This document shows positions 26,866 through 41,584 of a DNA stretch of 64,000 nt, in pieces. The position numbers and the translations under genes were made by a program. This stretch comes from Octopus sinensis. Lineage: Eukaryota. The notes under the pieces are model-generated. The model saw only the letters and a program-made list of their open reading frames with translations. It did no database searches and was not told the origin of the DNA. The stretch covers positions 18,848,001-18,912,000 of the forward strand of contig NC_043015.1 in NCBI RefSeq assembly GCF_006345805.1. The letters run 5' to 3'. Position 1 is the stretch's first letter. Every line of letters begins with the position of its first letter.

Positions 26866-29800
26866 CTATATCTATACTTTTTGTAAACCTTGTCGTAAAA
26901 GGACGTAGTTTTGTATTCTACATATTTCTCTATGATTAATACATCTTGTACTTTTTAATGCCACAAATACACGTTTTAATATTTTAAAGCTAATTAGTTG
27001 TAATCTTAATAGCTTTTTACGCTTTAATCGTGAACTACTATTCACACATTCACTTAGTAACAATATTGTTAGTCAACATTGATAGTCGATCGTTTATATT
27101 GCATAAGTGTGCTAAACAAACATTTATATTATCTTTCTTTGATGAGCTAATTCAATAAAGTAGAGATAGCCAATCCCTAACGAAAAACTAGTTAAGTGCA
27201 CAAGTATTTATAGTTATAGGTGAAATAATCAGAGATTTTGTCAACGATATAGAACCTTGCAAGTGAACAGAGTCGTAATATCAAACACGTAATCGCCAAG
27301 GCCTGCTACAGCTCCCTATTAACGTTAGCTAACAAGAAAATTATATCAAATAATTGTGGAATTAAACCTTCAGAATTCTACATAAGGAAAACCTCGCAAT
27401 GCTTACTACTTTCTGTCTGCGCGCATAGTATCAGCAGGATAGTTAATCAATAAAGTTGCTGGAATGTTAGAATGCAGAACTAAATGTTTTACAGCATCTG
27501 ATTCATCTCTTTTCTTTCTTTGTTAAAATATCGCCGCCTGGATCGGCCGTTTGTAATCTTTAAAGGATCGATAACATTAGCACTAGTTCTTTACTGGAAT
27601 AATGTGGTATTGGATGGTAGACTTAACATATCGTCAAGTTTTACATCACTGCTTGTCTCACTCTAATGATAATTTGATATTTTGATGTACTGAATCCGAC
27701 TTCAGCAACCCATGAGTCGTCGTTTCTCCCTCCATTACCTTTCACCAGTCTTGGAGGTCTTGCAAAAGTGATGAACAATCTCTTTCTTCCTTTGATAAAG
27801 CCATACAAATGTAAATAAATCAAAATGAATAAAATTCTGCGATCAACTTTTTCCTGCCGGTAGAAGAAATTAATGTTAAGTGGGTGAGAACCCATGTTAT
27901 TTCAAGGGGATGATATTTGGATTTTGTCAGACAATATTTGAACTCTATATTGAATTCTGCCAAACTAAGCTGAATTTAATCGTTCTCTTGCGATATATGG
28001 CAAATCCAGTTAATATTTTGGAGATCATGTTACATTATAGCTAACTGTACTTGAGGCTTATAGGAAGGCCTGATTCTATTTTCTCCCAGTAAAGCAACTC
28101 ACGCCTGTATTCAAAAGACAATTCCATTCGCATAGATTTTCATTCCAGAGTTAGTGTCAAACGATAAGGATATATTTTCACTCTTCTAGAGAATGCCAAA
28201 AATTAATGACGAATAAAGAAAAAGGTGGATGAGATTTTTTTGTTAGTTTCACGGTGTTGAGCTGAAATAGATCTGTAGTTCTATAATGTGCCAGAAATTC
28301 TTTTGAACAGTAATTGCAACATCGGTTTTAAGATCTAATTATTGAAATAAATATGGGTTAAAAATAGAAAACTTTACTTGGCTGAAAGGGGGAGGTAAAA
28401 TGATAGAAGCAGTTGACTACTACATTATTTAAGTAATGATTTCAAATTCTGCTCTGAGGGCGATGAAGCAAATACAGGTGTCATTTCAATAGGCTGTACT
28501 TTTCTACAAACCTGCATTCTAGTAGTAATTTAAGAAATCTGACCACAATTTAATTGACTATCAATTTTTGAATTTTCATTCCTCGAATTATTCAATAAAA
28601 ATAATTTCTATAGTGTAAAAATCTGGATTTAAAAGTAAAACCTATTTTTCTATATTTTAACTTTATATTTTAACTTTAACTTTATATATTTTATACTTTA
28701 TAATTTTCATTATAATTTTCGCATGATTTTATGGACGATGAACATATAATCGCATCCTATATATATTTGGCAATACTCTATGTACAAATATTTCAAGAAT
28801 ATTAACAGCACAATCTTGTGTAGTCACATATAGTATATCTATTAAGTACATATCGTAATAAAGATATTTACGACATTTAAACTATGAAACATGAATATTT
28901 CTTTTAACAATTTATAAGTAGAAAGAAGAAACTTCTGAACGCTTTGAAAATATATTTTAGGAAAATTATTGTTGTTGATGTTTTAAACTAACATAGATTT
29001 GTTACGTTCGACAGAAAACATTGCAATCAAAATATTTCTGAAAATATAATGAACAAGCAAATATTACTTTTTAGAATATTATTCTACGTGGAATCAAGAA
29101 ACCTGAGAGTACTTTTAGGCCTAACTCTCAGCCTTTGAAATCCAAATGATAGTTAATACATAGAAATTATGTATAACTTGTTAATTTGTATGTTTACCTG
29201 TATGTGTTATACTTGTTTCAATATAATATAAATGTAAAATATATGAAAATATTTTCTTCCTGAAAATATTTTGTTTCGCCGAACCCTTCACGGACTACTG
29301 CCTTCAATAACACTGAATATGGGTTAAACATTGGGAATTATTAACGAATCACGCATCATATCCTAAATTGATTTCGTTTGACTGATCAAGAGATCAATAT
29401 TATAATCAAGAGGTATAAGAGGAGATGAAAGATGACCTTTGAATTCGAAAAGTGAGGTTTTGACCCAGTTACAATAACTACCAATTCTGGAATTTTTCTG
29501 CCTTTGACAAAATAATGTTTGACTCAAAACTTTATGTCAGTAGTTGTAAATCAAATGTAAATCAATGCGAATATTTAGTTTCAAGGTAGTAATTAAAAAG
29601 ATAAACATTAGCACTTGAAAGATGCATCTATAAAAGAACAAAATTTCTTACTACAATGAAACAAGAATTATGTTTATGACTATTTCAGCTGTGAATTTTG
29701 TTGTGTAATACAAGCCAAAATATTGGAATTGGTAAGACGGAAATAAAACGCTCTTACTATGGATAAGTGTACTTTGAATATAAGAAATTGTCTGTTTATT

Positions 29801-31294
29801 ATAAACAAGCTAGATGTATAAATGCATTCCCTGGTGGTAAGTAGAAGGATAACATGTGTCGCTGTCCTCGTATCGAAACGGTTGAAATAACTATTCAAAT
29901 TTATTTCCTATCGTTCCTATAGAGTGTTTAAGACGTACGAAAATCATTTATGCATCTTTTGTTTCAACTGACGTCGGTTTTATAACAACTGATAAAGAAT
30001 ACTTAGTGTCTATTTCAAATGAGTGGGTTGGATTTCATACGGCTATAAAAAGTTTCTCTTTTAAGCATCTACTTTCAACTTTTAAATATTTATAAGCTTC
30101 CTGCTGATTTTTACTTCATTGGGACTTCGATTTCAACACTTAAGACAATCAAACACAAAAATGTGAAAACTCTTTTGCAGAAGAGGAAATGTTGTTGCTT
30201 ATGTCATATTACAAATAACGTTTATACAAAATAAAAACGGTTTTGACTGAATAATTCGGTAAAATCTTATAAATAATGATCGTTAGGCCGCGATATCGAT
30301 ATCTATATATGTAACCATACTCTCAACAACAGTCATTCCCAAATCTTATTAATCTCTTAATATTCTAATATATCTTACTAAAAATGTTGCTGTTATTTAC
30401 ATTTTGAACTCCATCTTTGCTCGAAGCACACGACCTACTCTCTAATGCAGTCACCACCTCTTTGTCTCTAACTTTAAAATTATATTCACCTTATCACTCT
30501 AATTTACGCTGAATTTCACGGTAATGACAATTATAATTTTAAAGCCAGGAAAGAAAGATTCATGATTTGTAAAGAGAACATATTAACGACATCACACTTC
30601 ACTCGTAACTTTTCGTATAAATATGTAAATGTTATTAAATGCTCTGAAGTTGTTTCGCTATATTTTCGTTCCCTTTTCATATTTCAAAATATTACAATTT
30701 TCGATCTTTCTTTAATAATTAAAAATGAATACTGCGTTGAACCTGACTTTGAATTCAACGTGACTATCAACTGTTAAGTCTTCTTAATTTGGTGAATGAA
30801 GTATTTCAGGAATTCGCTTTCAGTAACTAACTTTTTTGACTCCTCCTAATGCATAAGCTCGAAACATCGGGTACTAAAATACTACAACTAGAAACCGAAA
30901 TTCAGTATGCCTTGTGATATTTGTCTGAAAATACAATCTGTTTATAATTGCCTATTGTCGAATTTCAGTTCTGGTTCTAATTTCTATAAAAAAAATATAT
31001 ATTTGGTTGCAGAGTATATGGTTGTATAATGTTAATATAAACGTACCAGTTGCCAGGAATGTGTTCAATATGTAAAATTGGTGTGTCCGATTGTGTTACA
31101 CTGCTAAATTTACCGGTTATTTAAGTAATGTGTTCGTGGATGATTAATGGGTTGAATGTAGTGCTGAAGAAGTAGCTAGGACACTTGAAGGATGCAATTC
31201 ACATATACGTAGAGAGAGAGACACATATACACATAAATATACACACACACATATATATATATTTCACACACACATACAGACATACATACACACA

Positions 31295-31404
<110 letters not shown>

Positions 31405-32315
31405 CATACAACATACACATACATACATACATACGCATAATGACATTTTCGTGTCTAAGAAGGAAGTGACTATGTAAAGCAAATCTTGACGTTGCAACAC
31501 ATTGCTTCCTGTCTGTGCTTAGTAATTTTAAAGTGAGCGCCAGTCAGTGCATCCGATCAACGCTTTACGCCTGAAGGGGTGGTCATAGTAGCTCAGCTGC
31601 TGTAAGATGACTGCAGTTACCAGCAAGCTATAGGTTATGCATTGGAATGGCCTTACAAGGCTGGAGAGCTCCCCCACACCCTGGTGTTGGAGGAAGTGTG
31701 TCAACGAGCGCATCTGAGAGATTCCACACTTTGATTTGCTGTCAAGCTTGATATCCCTAGGCTGTTAATAAATCTAGAGATAAGACTATAACAGAGTCCC
31801 GTCTACTACTCCTTGTCAGAGTAGAGGTAGCAACTAAAAGATGATGGTTTCACATTTCTTAGAACTCTGGAACTACCGAATCAGAGTCCCACTATCGAAT
31901 GTAGCTTAAAATCATACGTAGGATGCACACATACATGCACACATTCATACACATATACACACGCACACACATACATATATGTGTTTGTGTGTGTGTGTAT
32001 ACATATATATATACATATACATACATATATGTGTATGTGCATACGCATATATATATATATATTTACACAGACAGACAGACACACACACACACACACACGC
32101 ACACACACATACACATATATAATTAAAAACCAAGAGGAGAGCGGAGATTTATTCAATCCAAACCTTTTTTTATTAAAAAGTTTTCTCCAGCATATATGAC
32201 AATGACTAACACATGTTTCTACTGCAACAACCACACATTGCTCTGTATGCAATTACGCATCCTAGTCGCTACAGTATCATCAAGAGTCCATCACTTACGA
32301 CGTTTTCAAAGTGAA

Positions 32316-33072
32316 CTAATTCAAACAAGTTTCCTGCCTTGGAATTCAGTTGAAGGTGATAGCGCTACTTTCTGAATCGAATTGAATTCTGCTCTTATAA
32401 TCACCTCTACTGTTATTACAGTTGAATCCTGGTTCTAAAATGTTCATTTTCATTACAGTGAATAGTAGAAGTTTTGTTCAATTTATTATTTTGACTTCCC
32501 TTTCTGATTTATATTTATATATTGATAAAGTGTAAGTTTATTTTATTTTATTTATTTAATTACCTATTTCCTATGAGCGATAGTTCATAACATTGCTATT
32601 TATATATAGGTAAAAAAAAAGTAAATTCTTTGGATATTTAATATCCCTTAGGTGTTTATTTAACACCTGACTTTATTTTTATCTTTCATATATATATATA
32701 TATATATAATATATATCATTGAAACACTGAGGGTAGAAATTGATATTATTCAAGTAACATCATTTAAACAAGTGGTCTAGCATATAAAAAAAATCCGAAG
32801 ATTTAAAAATTATATTACAATTAATAAGAGGAATAACCACTAAATTAGAAAGGGAAGCCAAAATAATAAATTGAACAAAACTTCTACAATTCACTGTAAT
32901 GAAAATGAACATTTTAGAACCAGGATTCGACTGTAATAACAGTAGAGGTGATTATAAGAGCAGAATTCAATTCGATTCACAAAGTAGCACTATCACCTTC
33001 AACTGAATACCAACGCAGGAAACTTGTTTGAATTAGCGTATAGGATTCCACTTTAGTGGTCATTCCTCTTAA

Positions 33073-33078
<6 letters not shown>
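32316..33078. repeat. Fold-back repeat: about 200 bp inverted arms (32316-32515 / 32845-33036) with internal and terminal (TA)n
   Basis: The arms are reverse complements. aagaggaat.accactaaa is also inverted (32824 / 33052). The head gagggtagaaatt resembles the array B and C heads. Confidence 0.85.
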
Positions 33079-33167
<89 letters not shown>

Positions 33168-34094
33168 CTATACATATACATATACATATCTATAAATCTG
33201 AAATGCGAAAAGTTTGCTTGATTGTCTGGTTTTGGCATTGGAACGGGTTAAAAGGCACTAGATCCCGTCGGATTCACTCCAAAACTTACAGGGACATGTA
33301 AAAAGTGGCAAGGTTGTGAGTGGACTAGATTAGAAATCCCTATCTCAAAAGCTGTGGTTACTAGGGCAAAAAACCCACACTTTGACAAATGTTTTTCGTT
33401 TCTCTCTTTCTCTTATCTACCTGTCTTCCTCCATCTTTCTCTCTTTCCTCCCTTCCCTTCACATTCTCTCTATAACGACGTTTGACAGATTCTACTATCT
33501 TTCCCCTGCCGCCTTTGCCAGCGCTGTCACTCTTTCTTCCACCGCCTCCCCCTGTCTCTCTCTGTGTACGTCAGTCTGCATTCATAAAGGGAATTATTAT
33601 CGCCACCACCACCACACAATCATGGGAACAAATATTATGAATTGTCGTTTCTCTCCTCAAATCTGCCTGTCTTCCTCCGTCTCTCTCTCTTTCCTCCCTT
33701 CCCTCTAATTTCTTTCTATAACTCCATTTGACAGCTTCCACTCTCTTTCTCCCGCCACCTTCGCCAGCTCTGTCAGTCTTTCTACCACCCCTCTCTCTCT
33801 CTCTGTCTCTCTCTGTCTCTCTCTCTCTGTACGTCTGTCTGCATTCATAGAGAGAATTATTATCGCCACAACCACGCAATCATGAGAACAAATATTATGA
33901 ATCAGATATTTATTGGATTAATTTATATATGTGTGTGTGTGTGTATCTATATATAAATATGTATATATAATGTATATATATACAAAGTGTATATATCTGT
34001 ATATATATATATATATATATGTACATATATATGTGTGTGTATGTGTGTATAATTTGTATATATAACACGTACACACACATATAATGCGTATATA

Positions 34095-34179
<85 letters not shown>

Positions 34180-35055
34180 TGTGTGCATTATGTGGTCGGT
34201 TGAGCTGAAAATATCCACATCTATGTTAAAAGTGCTGGCGAGTTTGCATGGCAACTATTTTTTTCCTCAAATGAAAGGCATGACCTCTAGGACAAAATAC
34301 CTCATGTTTTAAAATGTTGTCCAAGTAGAACCGAATGAAATCGGGTTATATTAACCAAAATGTGAAAAGGGGTCTAAATGGGGCTGGAAGGGGATTAAAA
34401 TTTACAGGAGCGGGTGTTTAGGAATTCTCTGTTATATCAAGCTAAAATATTTGCACCAGCCTTCAAATCGTCAAAGTGTTGCCTTCCGCCATGAAGAAGT
34501 TTTGAATGCCTGCCATGGTGAGTCTACTGTCGTGAGAAAGAATCCCTTCAAAACTTGGTGTTTAGGAATTTTCTTTTACATCAAATTCAAAATTTTGCGC
34601 CAACCGTTAAACTGCCACTACGTTGCTGTCCGTCGTTAAGAAATGCCAGCCATGGCGTGTCTACTATCTTCAGATTCTATCCCTTCAAACTTTGGTTTCC
34701 TATATTTTTTTATTTTTATTCAGCTCGCAAGTTCGTCTGTCCCTTTTAAATGTTAGTGTTTTGCTATCTGCCTTGAAACAGACCTTCCCGTTGTCACTGC
34801 CTGATATGATTGATCTATCAAAATATTTTCTCTCTCAACCTACTCAAGATCTTTTGTTGTTTATAAATGGGAGAGAGAGATAGATAGAGAAAGATAGAGA
34901 GTAAGAGAAAGCGAGGGAGAGTCCAAGAGAAAGGAAGAGTAAGAGAGTGGGAAAGTGAGAAAGGAGAGAGAAACAAAGAGGGAGAATGTTGCGATAAGAA
35001 ACAGAAAGTAACAACCACACACTCACCCGCGCATAGAGCGGGTCAACTTCAGCTA

Positions 35056-35056
<1 letters not shown>
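34180..35056 (+). mobile_element. Non-autonomous Helitron-like element (5' end uncertain)
   Basis: 3' hairpin acccgc-gcataga-gcgggt followed by CTAG|T at 35053-57. Confidence 0.6.
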
Positions 35057-35098
<42 letters not shown>

Positions 35099-35265
35099 TA
35101 AGAAATTAACGACTGCGTGCGTTACATAAATAATATTTTCAAGATTAAATAAAAAACAAACGGAAAATATGACATATCTGTATACATATATATATATATA
35201 TTGTTGTATTTAGGAATGGTCATATATATAATCAAAATAAGCAACAGGATATCAAGTAGTAATTC

Positions 35266-35349
35266 AGTACGACCGTTTCAAGCGACTCCATTTAATTGAA
35301 CAATGCAATCATTATATCAATTTAAATGCAGTGCCATCTTCAGGTGTAC
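35266..35349 (-). ncRNA. Degenerate hammerhead motif
   Basis: CTGAAGA-tggcactgcatttaaattga...tcaattaaatggagtcgctt-GAAAC-GGTC-GTA. Helix I is mismatched at its first pair. Confidence 0.4.
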
Positions 35350-36080
35350 AAATAAATAAATAGAATTTTAACAAGTAGATAATTTTTCTTAATATTTTAA
35401 CAGAGCAAGAAGGTGGAAGAAATTCATATTGTCGCTAGTGTAGCTAAGAATAGTCTACAACTTCTATGGATCATAGTGGGGTCATAGGGTTTTAAGGGTT
35501 GTAATTCATTTCTAATCCATTTATCTCTTTGTCGACTACTAAATCGAAGACTAGAAGACTGTGTCTGCTTTGAATAAAGGACAAGAATGAGTTGACAGCT
35601 CATGGCTAGTTATGGTCATAAATATTATCATATGTATCCATTTTTTCCAGGGAGGAAATAAGACATATAAGTAACTGTTTATAAAAAGAGGCAGGGTAGA
35701 ATTTATATCATGGTGTTAATTACCAGTTAAAGGGGCTAGTCGCTAAGAAATCTAAGATGTTAATACAGAAAAAATTTTATTGGGGTCACTATGGGAGAAT
35801 GTATATAAACGATATTGTTATGTTGTATAAAAATAAAATTTAAGAATTTCAAAAATGATATAACAAAAATAGGTAGAAGGTGTGCGTATATCAATTATAA
35901 ACATTAAAAAGGAAGATTGCATTGAATCAGTTTAATATCCATTCATGTACTTAATTAATTACTTATTAGGTGGTTTCTATAAAGACTGCTCAAGACACTT
36001 ATATATGGAATAACTGGAAAGATATAATACTATCTATTAATTTTAAGCCATGAATCAGAAAAGTGTAAAAATGCATACAG

Positions 36081-36137
<57 letters not shown>

Positions 36138-36994
36138 CGTGCATATATGCATATATACATATACGCAAATATTTATACGTTTATATGGATATAGTATAAA
36201 TATCTCGCATTAACTTAAGTAACTGAAAAATAATAATCGAAGAACAAGTAAATTAACAATTTATAAGGGGTAAGAGGTTAATAAGTAAGGATATCAAAAT
36301 AAGAAAACAAATTGTTAAGAATTTACAGAAAATGATAAGAAATATATATAATTCCTACATATAAAGAGACGGAATTAAAATTAGAGGTAAGGAAAAGATA
36401 AAGGTAACCTGAAAACAGCAGTAATAGGTATGGGAGTAGTGAGGGCAGTTAAAGGTATTCAGACTGAAGAGATTTTATAAGTTGTAATGTAACACGTGTT
36501 ATTGTATGTATGATTTTATAGTTTCTAGTGGGTATATCATATAGTCAAAAGGAGACTTACATAAAGTCACTACAAGTATACATAATATGATCTGTAGGGT
36601 AGAACATCATAGAAGGAAAATAGTGTAATCACCAAAATAGGATGAAGCCAGACTAACTAGACAGAGGATATCATGGGATAGTATTACATATAGCACACCA
36701 AATACCACAAAACAGCGTATAACATATGTAATGCAATATAATTCACCATATAACATAATATCCTTTGATTTTTTTTTAATACTGGAGGGTAAGTTTACAA
36801 CATATACGACATCAAAATTAATTTCCACCATCAAAGTTCAAGTTTGGTAACTATAATCGCTAGCTTCGAAAATACTTAAATGTACGGGTGACACTATGTA
36901 CACAAGGTATCCTTAGGTCTAATCTATTATTATTCAGGCTTTTCTTGTCCCTATACTTAAAAATCTTAACGCAAGTACCTAATTCAGGTGAATC

Positions 36995-37475
36995 TCAATA
37001 TATATATAATAAAAACGTTTAGTAAATAGACATACGAACATATACTAAATACACAGACGAACGGAAAACAAGAAAGCTCACCAACTCTTCTTCAGTTATC
37101 GGCCAGATGGTCGAGCGCAATTTCGGCCATTATCGATTATATTACTTCCACTCTGGAGTCATAGGCAAGAAACTTGCCGGAATTGGGACCAAGACAAAAC
37201 TAGACGAGAGACAATAGACAAAATAAAGGGTTAGGGCCACACGAAGACAATTAAAATGATAATAAATAAACAGCAAAAAATCCTTGGGGGTGCAAGACAA
37301 GACAAAAATGGGTAACGCGAAGGAGAAATGAAAAACTGTCCCAAAGGACTATAGAGACGGTAGAACAAGGAGTTCAGAATATCGTGACCAGTCTGGTCAA
37401 AGGCAATGCGAAAAAGAATGACACCGCTTTAGGCCGTCACGGATCACGTGATAGTGGGAGGAGGGTAACAGAAAA

Positions 37476-37480
<5 letters not shown>
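36995..37480. repeat. Dispersed repeat, paralogue of 39195-39640
   Basis: Colinear diverged copies (gtcgagcgcaatttcggcc, ggcaagaaacttgccggaattgggacc). Confidence 0.8.
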
Positions 37481-37513
<33 letters not shown>

Positions 37514-37605
37514 TAAGCAAAGTAAAAGAAAGAGACAGAGTGGCACAAAAATATTCCATGAATATTTCTATAAATGGGCAAAAATTAATGAGTGCGTGCG
37601 TTACA

Positions 37606-38254
37606 TCTATATATATAAAACTCAACTTGTGTGTCTGTGTGTGTATCTGTGTGTGTGTGTCTGTATGTTTAACTTCCCGGCACATCTCCTCCTAGCCAAC
37701 AAATCGTAGAACCACCAAAAATGGGTCACTTAAAGTTTAGGCGAATGAAAATTGAACTGCGCTATTTCTGTTCCGAAATTCATCTCGCAAGTGCAAAAAT
37801 CGATAATGTGTTTGTTTAGGCCTTATCCCATGCATTGAATAGTGAACTTTACTCAGTTATATTCTGATTTCAAATTCCGCCGAGGTTGGCTTTCCTTTTC
37901 ATCATTTCAGGGTCGATTAAAACTGTACCAGTTGCACACTGGGGTCGATATAATCGACTTAATCCTTTTGTTTGTCATTCTTTGTCTTCCGAGGGAGAGT
38001 GAGAGAGAGAGAGAGTGAGAGTGAGAGAGTGAGGGACAGAGAGTGTGATAGAGAGAGTGAGAGAGAGAGAGAGAAATAGAGCGATAGAGTGAGATAGAGA
38101 GGGAGAGAGAGAGAGAGTGAGGGAGAGAATGAGAGAGAGAATGAGAGAGAGAGAGAGAATGAGAGAGTGAGAGAGAAAGAGTGAAATAGAGAGTTAGAGT
38201 GATAGTGAGAGAGTGAGATAGAGAATGAGAGAGAAAGCAGGGCAATACTGCTAG
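37606..38254 (+). mobile_element. Non-autonomous Helitron, copy 1 (internal SINE fragment and GA repeat)
   Basis: A|TCTATATATATAAAACTC start; gggcaatactgCTAG end. Confidence 0.85.
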
Positions 38255-39052
38255 TCTATATATAAAAAACTCAACTTGTGTGTGTGTGTGTGTGTGTTTA
38301 ACTTCCCAGCACATCTCCTCCTAGCCAACAAATCGTAGAACCACCAAAAATGGGTCACTTAAAATTTAGGCGAATGAAAATTGAACTGCGCTATTTCTAT
38401 TCCGAAATTCATCTCGCAAGTACAAAAATCGATAATGTGTTTGTTAAGGCCTTATCCCATACATTGAATAGTGAACTTTACTCAGTCAGCTGTTTGACGT
38501 GAACCGTGTTCACTACGCGTGCAAGCATGCGTAAATTGGTTGAAAAAAATAAAAACTCAAGATATAAAAACGAATCGCCGTAAACATTGTAGAAATTCGA
38601 CAAAGAAATGAATTTTCGGGATGTAGCCTGGAGGGTTTTTTCGTATTAGTTTTTGGACTTTGTGAACACATACCAATTGTTTTCATAACATATTTAACGC
38701 TTTGAATTAAATGTGACCATTTTGCGTTGACTCTGCAGTTTGAATCACTTTAACTAAATTTTAGCAGGCCGGATTTTTGATCATCACGATACATCGCCAG
38801 GTACTCCCTGAAACACTCCCCTGAATCTAAAAGAATAATTCAACAATGCAATTATCTGATCAACAAAAATTTATGAAACGCTTCTACGTACTTCCTATTG
38901 AGGAAATGGAACACATAAGCGCAAAAATAGAAGGCATTAAATGCTTGGTTTTAAAACCAAAATAATTGAATTTTGATTGAACTTCATCCAAGTTTAGCTT
39001 AATTCGCGCGTGCATAGAACGCACGAGCGCACTAGCCGGGCAATACTGCTAG
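38255..39052 (+). mobile_element. Non-autonomous Helitron, copy 2 (head-to-tail with copy 1)
   Basis: CTAG|TCTATATAT junction at 38254/38255; subterminal hairpin cgtgc/gcacg; CTAG|T end at 39052. Confidence 0.88.
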
Positions 39053-39107
39053 TAAATAATATTTTCAGAATTAAATAAAAGGCAACAAACGGAAAATATG
39101 ACATACC

Positions 39108-39174
<67 letters not shown>

Positions 39175-39828
39175 GTGTGTATGTGTATAATAAAAAAAAT
39201 GTGTAGTAAATAGACATACGAACATATACTAAGTACACAGACGAACAGAAAACACGGAAGTTCACCAATTCTTCTTCAGTTATCGATCAGAGGGTCGAGC
39301 GCAATTTCGGCCACTATCGATAATATTGATTCCACTCTGGAGGCACAGGCAAGAAACTTGCCGGAATTGGGACCAAAGCAAAACAAAGCAAGACGAGGGA
39401 GAAGATAATAAACAGAATATAGGCAGCAGACAACAATTAAAATGATAATACATATAGAGCAAAAAACAAAAATAAAGCCTTAGGGCTGCAAGACAAGACA
39501 AAAATGGGTAACACGAAGGAGAGATGAAAAACTGCCCTAAAGGGCTAGAAAGACGGGAGCGGGGTAGAGCGAAGAGCTGAGAAAATCGTGACTAGTCCGG
39601 TCGAGGCCGTCACGGATCACATGATAGTGGGAGGAGGTTAACAGAGAAAACACATGCTGGTGTGTTTATGTTCCCATAACTTAGCGGTTCGGCAAAAGAT
39701 GCCGATAGAATAAGTACTAGGCTTACAAAGAATAAGTCCCGGTGTCGATTTGCTCGACTAAAGGCGGTGCTCCAGTATGGCCGCTGTCCAATTACTGAAA
39801 GAAGTAAAAGAATAAAATACATGAATAA

Positions 39829-39890
<62 letters not shown>

Positions 39891-40678
39891 GCACACACGC
39901 ACACGTACACATACTTTGTACTTTAGAGCATAATAAATATTACTGCTTAGAGTAGTGAATTATATTTCAATATGCTAAGTTTACTTAATCAGGTAAACTG
40001 ATCTACCGGGAGTTATGAGTCTTTGCTTAAGAAAGTTAGCAATCAGTGTCGTTTAGAGATATGAACAAAAGACACGGTATTTAGTACACATGCCATGACA
40101 TCACTGACTCAGCTTTTGATGTTTTTAGCCAAGTGAAAATGGAAAGTATGTCTTCTTCATTTAACTACAGCGCAAAAGGTCGAGAAATTAATATTTCTGT
40201 TTTAATATTTGTAGCTATATAGAATCAGACGTAATCCTTTGAAACCTTTGCAAGCGCATAATAAACTGGGTCTCTGCTTTGAATCTGCAGTTTGACGTTA
40301 TTCGACAGAAATTGACATTTAACCGGGATATTGCTTCTCTGCTTAGCTGATACTGCCGTTATCAACTTTCAGTTGATTCCTTTGGTTCAGTTTAAAGCCA
40401 AATATTAGTATTAGCTAAGTCCAACAATTGAATTTTCGTTCTTAAAAGATATAATTTTAGTGATGCGGAAAAGAATAACATTTTAAGACAGAAAATAAAT
40501 ACTCAAAATTTGTTTTTCTCGTGGAACTCATTAGTATTTAGTTCTTGACAGACTTGTCATGAATCATTTGTCTACAATATATATCTGCTAAAATACAGAG
40601 CTAACATACATACTATATTTCAAAAGATAAATATTATTTTATCTTAGTTGGCGAGAGTTTTATTTGAAAGAAAAAGAA

Positions 40679-40750
<72 letters not shown>

Positions 40751-41538
40751 CATACTTATATATATATATAAAGACGTACACACATACAGATATTTATATA
40801 TATATATATATATATAATATATATATATATATACATATATATTCATATGTATCTATATATATACATACATATGAAATTACTTTTTAAAGATTATCTTCAT
40901 AACAAAACTACGTGTATTTGATGCAGATTAATTCACTTTAATGTATAAAAGTTACTTTTTAAAAGATTGTAAAACATTTTTTTAGAACATCCTTTGTAGT
41001 CAACGTTTCTCTGTTATCGAAATACTACAAATTATACATTGATACAGATGTACACACACACATACACATGTTTATATATATGTACATATATGCGTGCATA
41101 TATATATATATATATACATACACACACACAAATATATACATACATATTTATATTCATATGTGTGTATATATATATATTCATATATATCTATATATATACA
41201 TATATATACAAATACGTATATAAGTGTATGTATGTGTGTATAAAAATATGTATGTATGTATATATATATACCTATATGCACATATCTACATACTCACACA
41301 CGCCCGCTCACCCCACGCTTGTACGTGTAATGTAAACGTATAAAAACACACAAAATTAATTTGATTATATATAAGCTGAATCTACTCAATTTGCATTGAC
41401 GCCTTAACAGTTTATGTGCTAAGGGTACGTGTGTGTGATATATACATGTTTGTGCGTACATATGAGTATAATAATATACATGCATGACAATGCTCTTCTA
41501 TGCATAATCAACATGTTTGTGTGTGTTTATGAGATTGC

Positions 41539-41584
<46 letters not shown>

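Noticed and set aside
33465-33902. Diverged tandem duplication of about 250 bp in CT-rich sequence
   Set aside because: Real but low-complexity, with no functional signal.
37085-37180. Hammerhead-like fragments in the 37.0 and 39.3 kb repeat pair
   Set aside because: The core is incomplete in both copies and there is no helix I partner.
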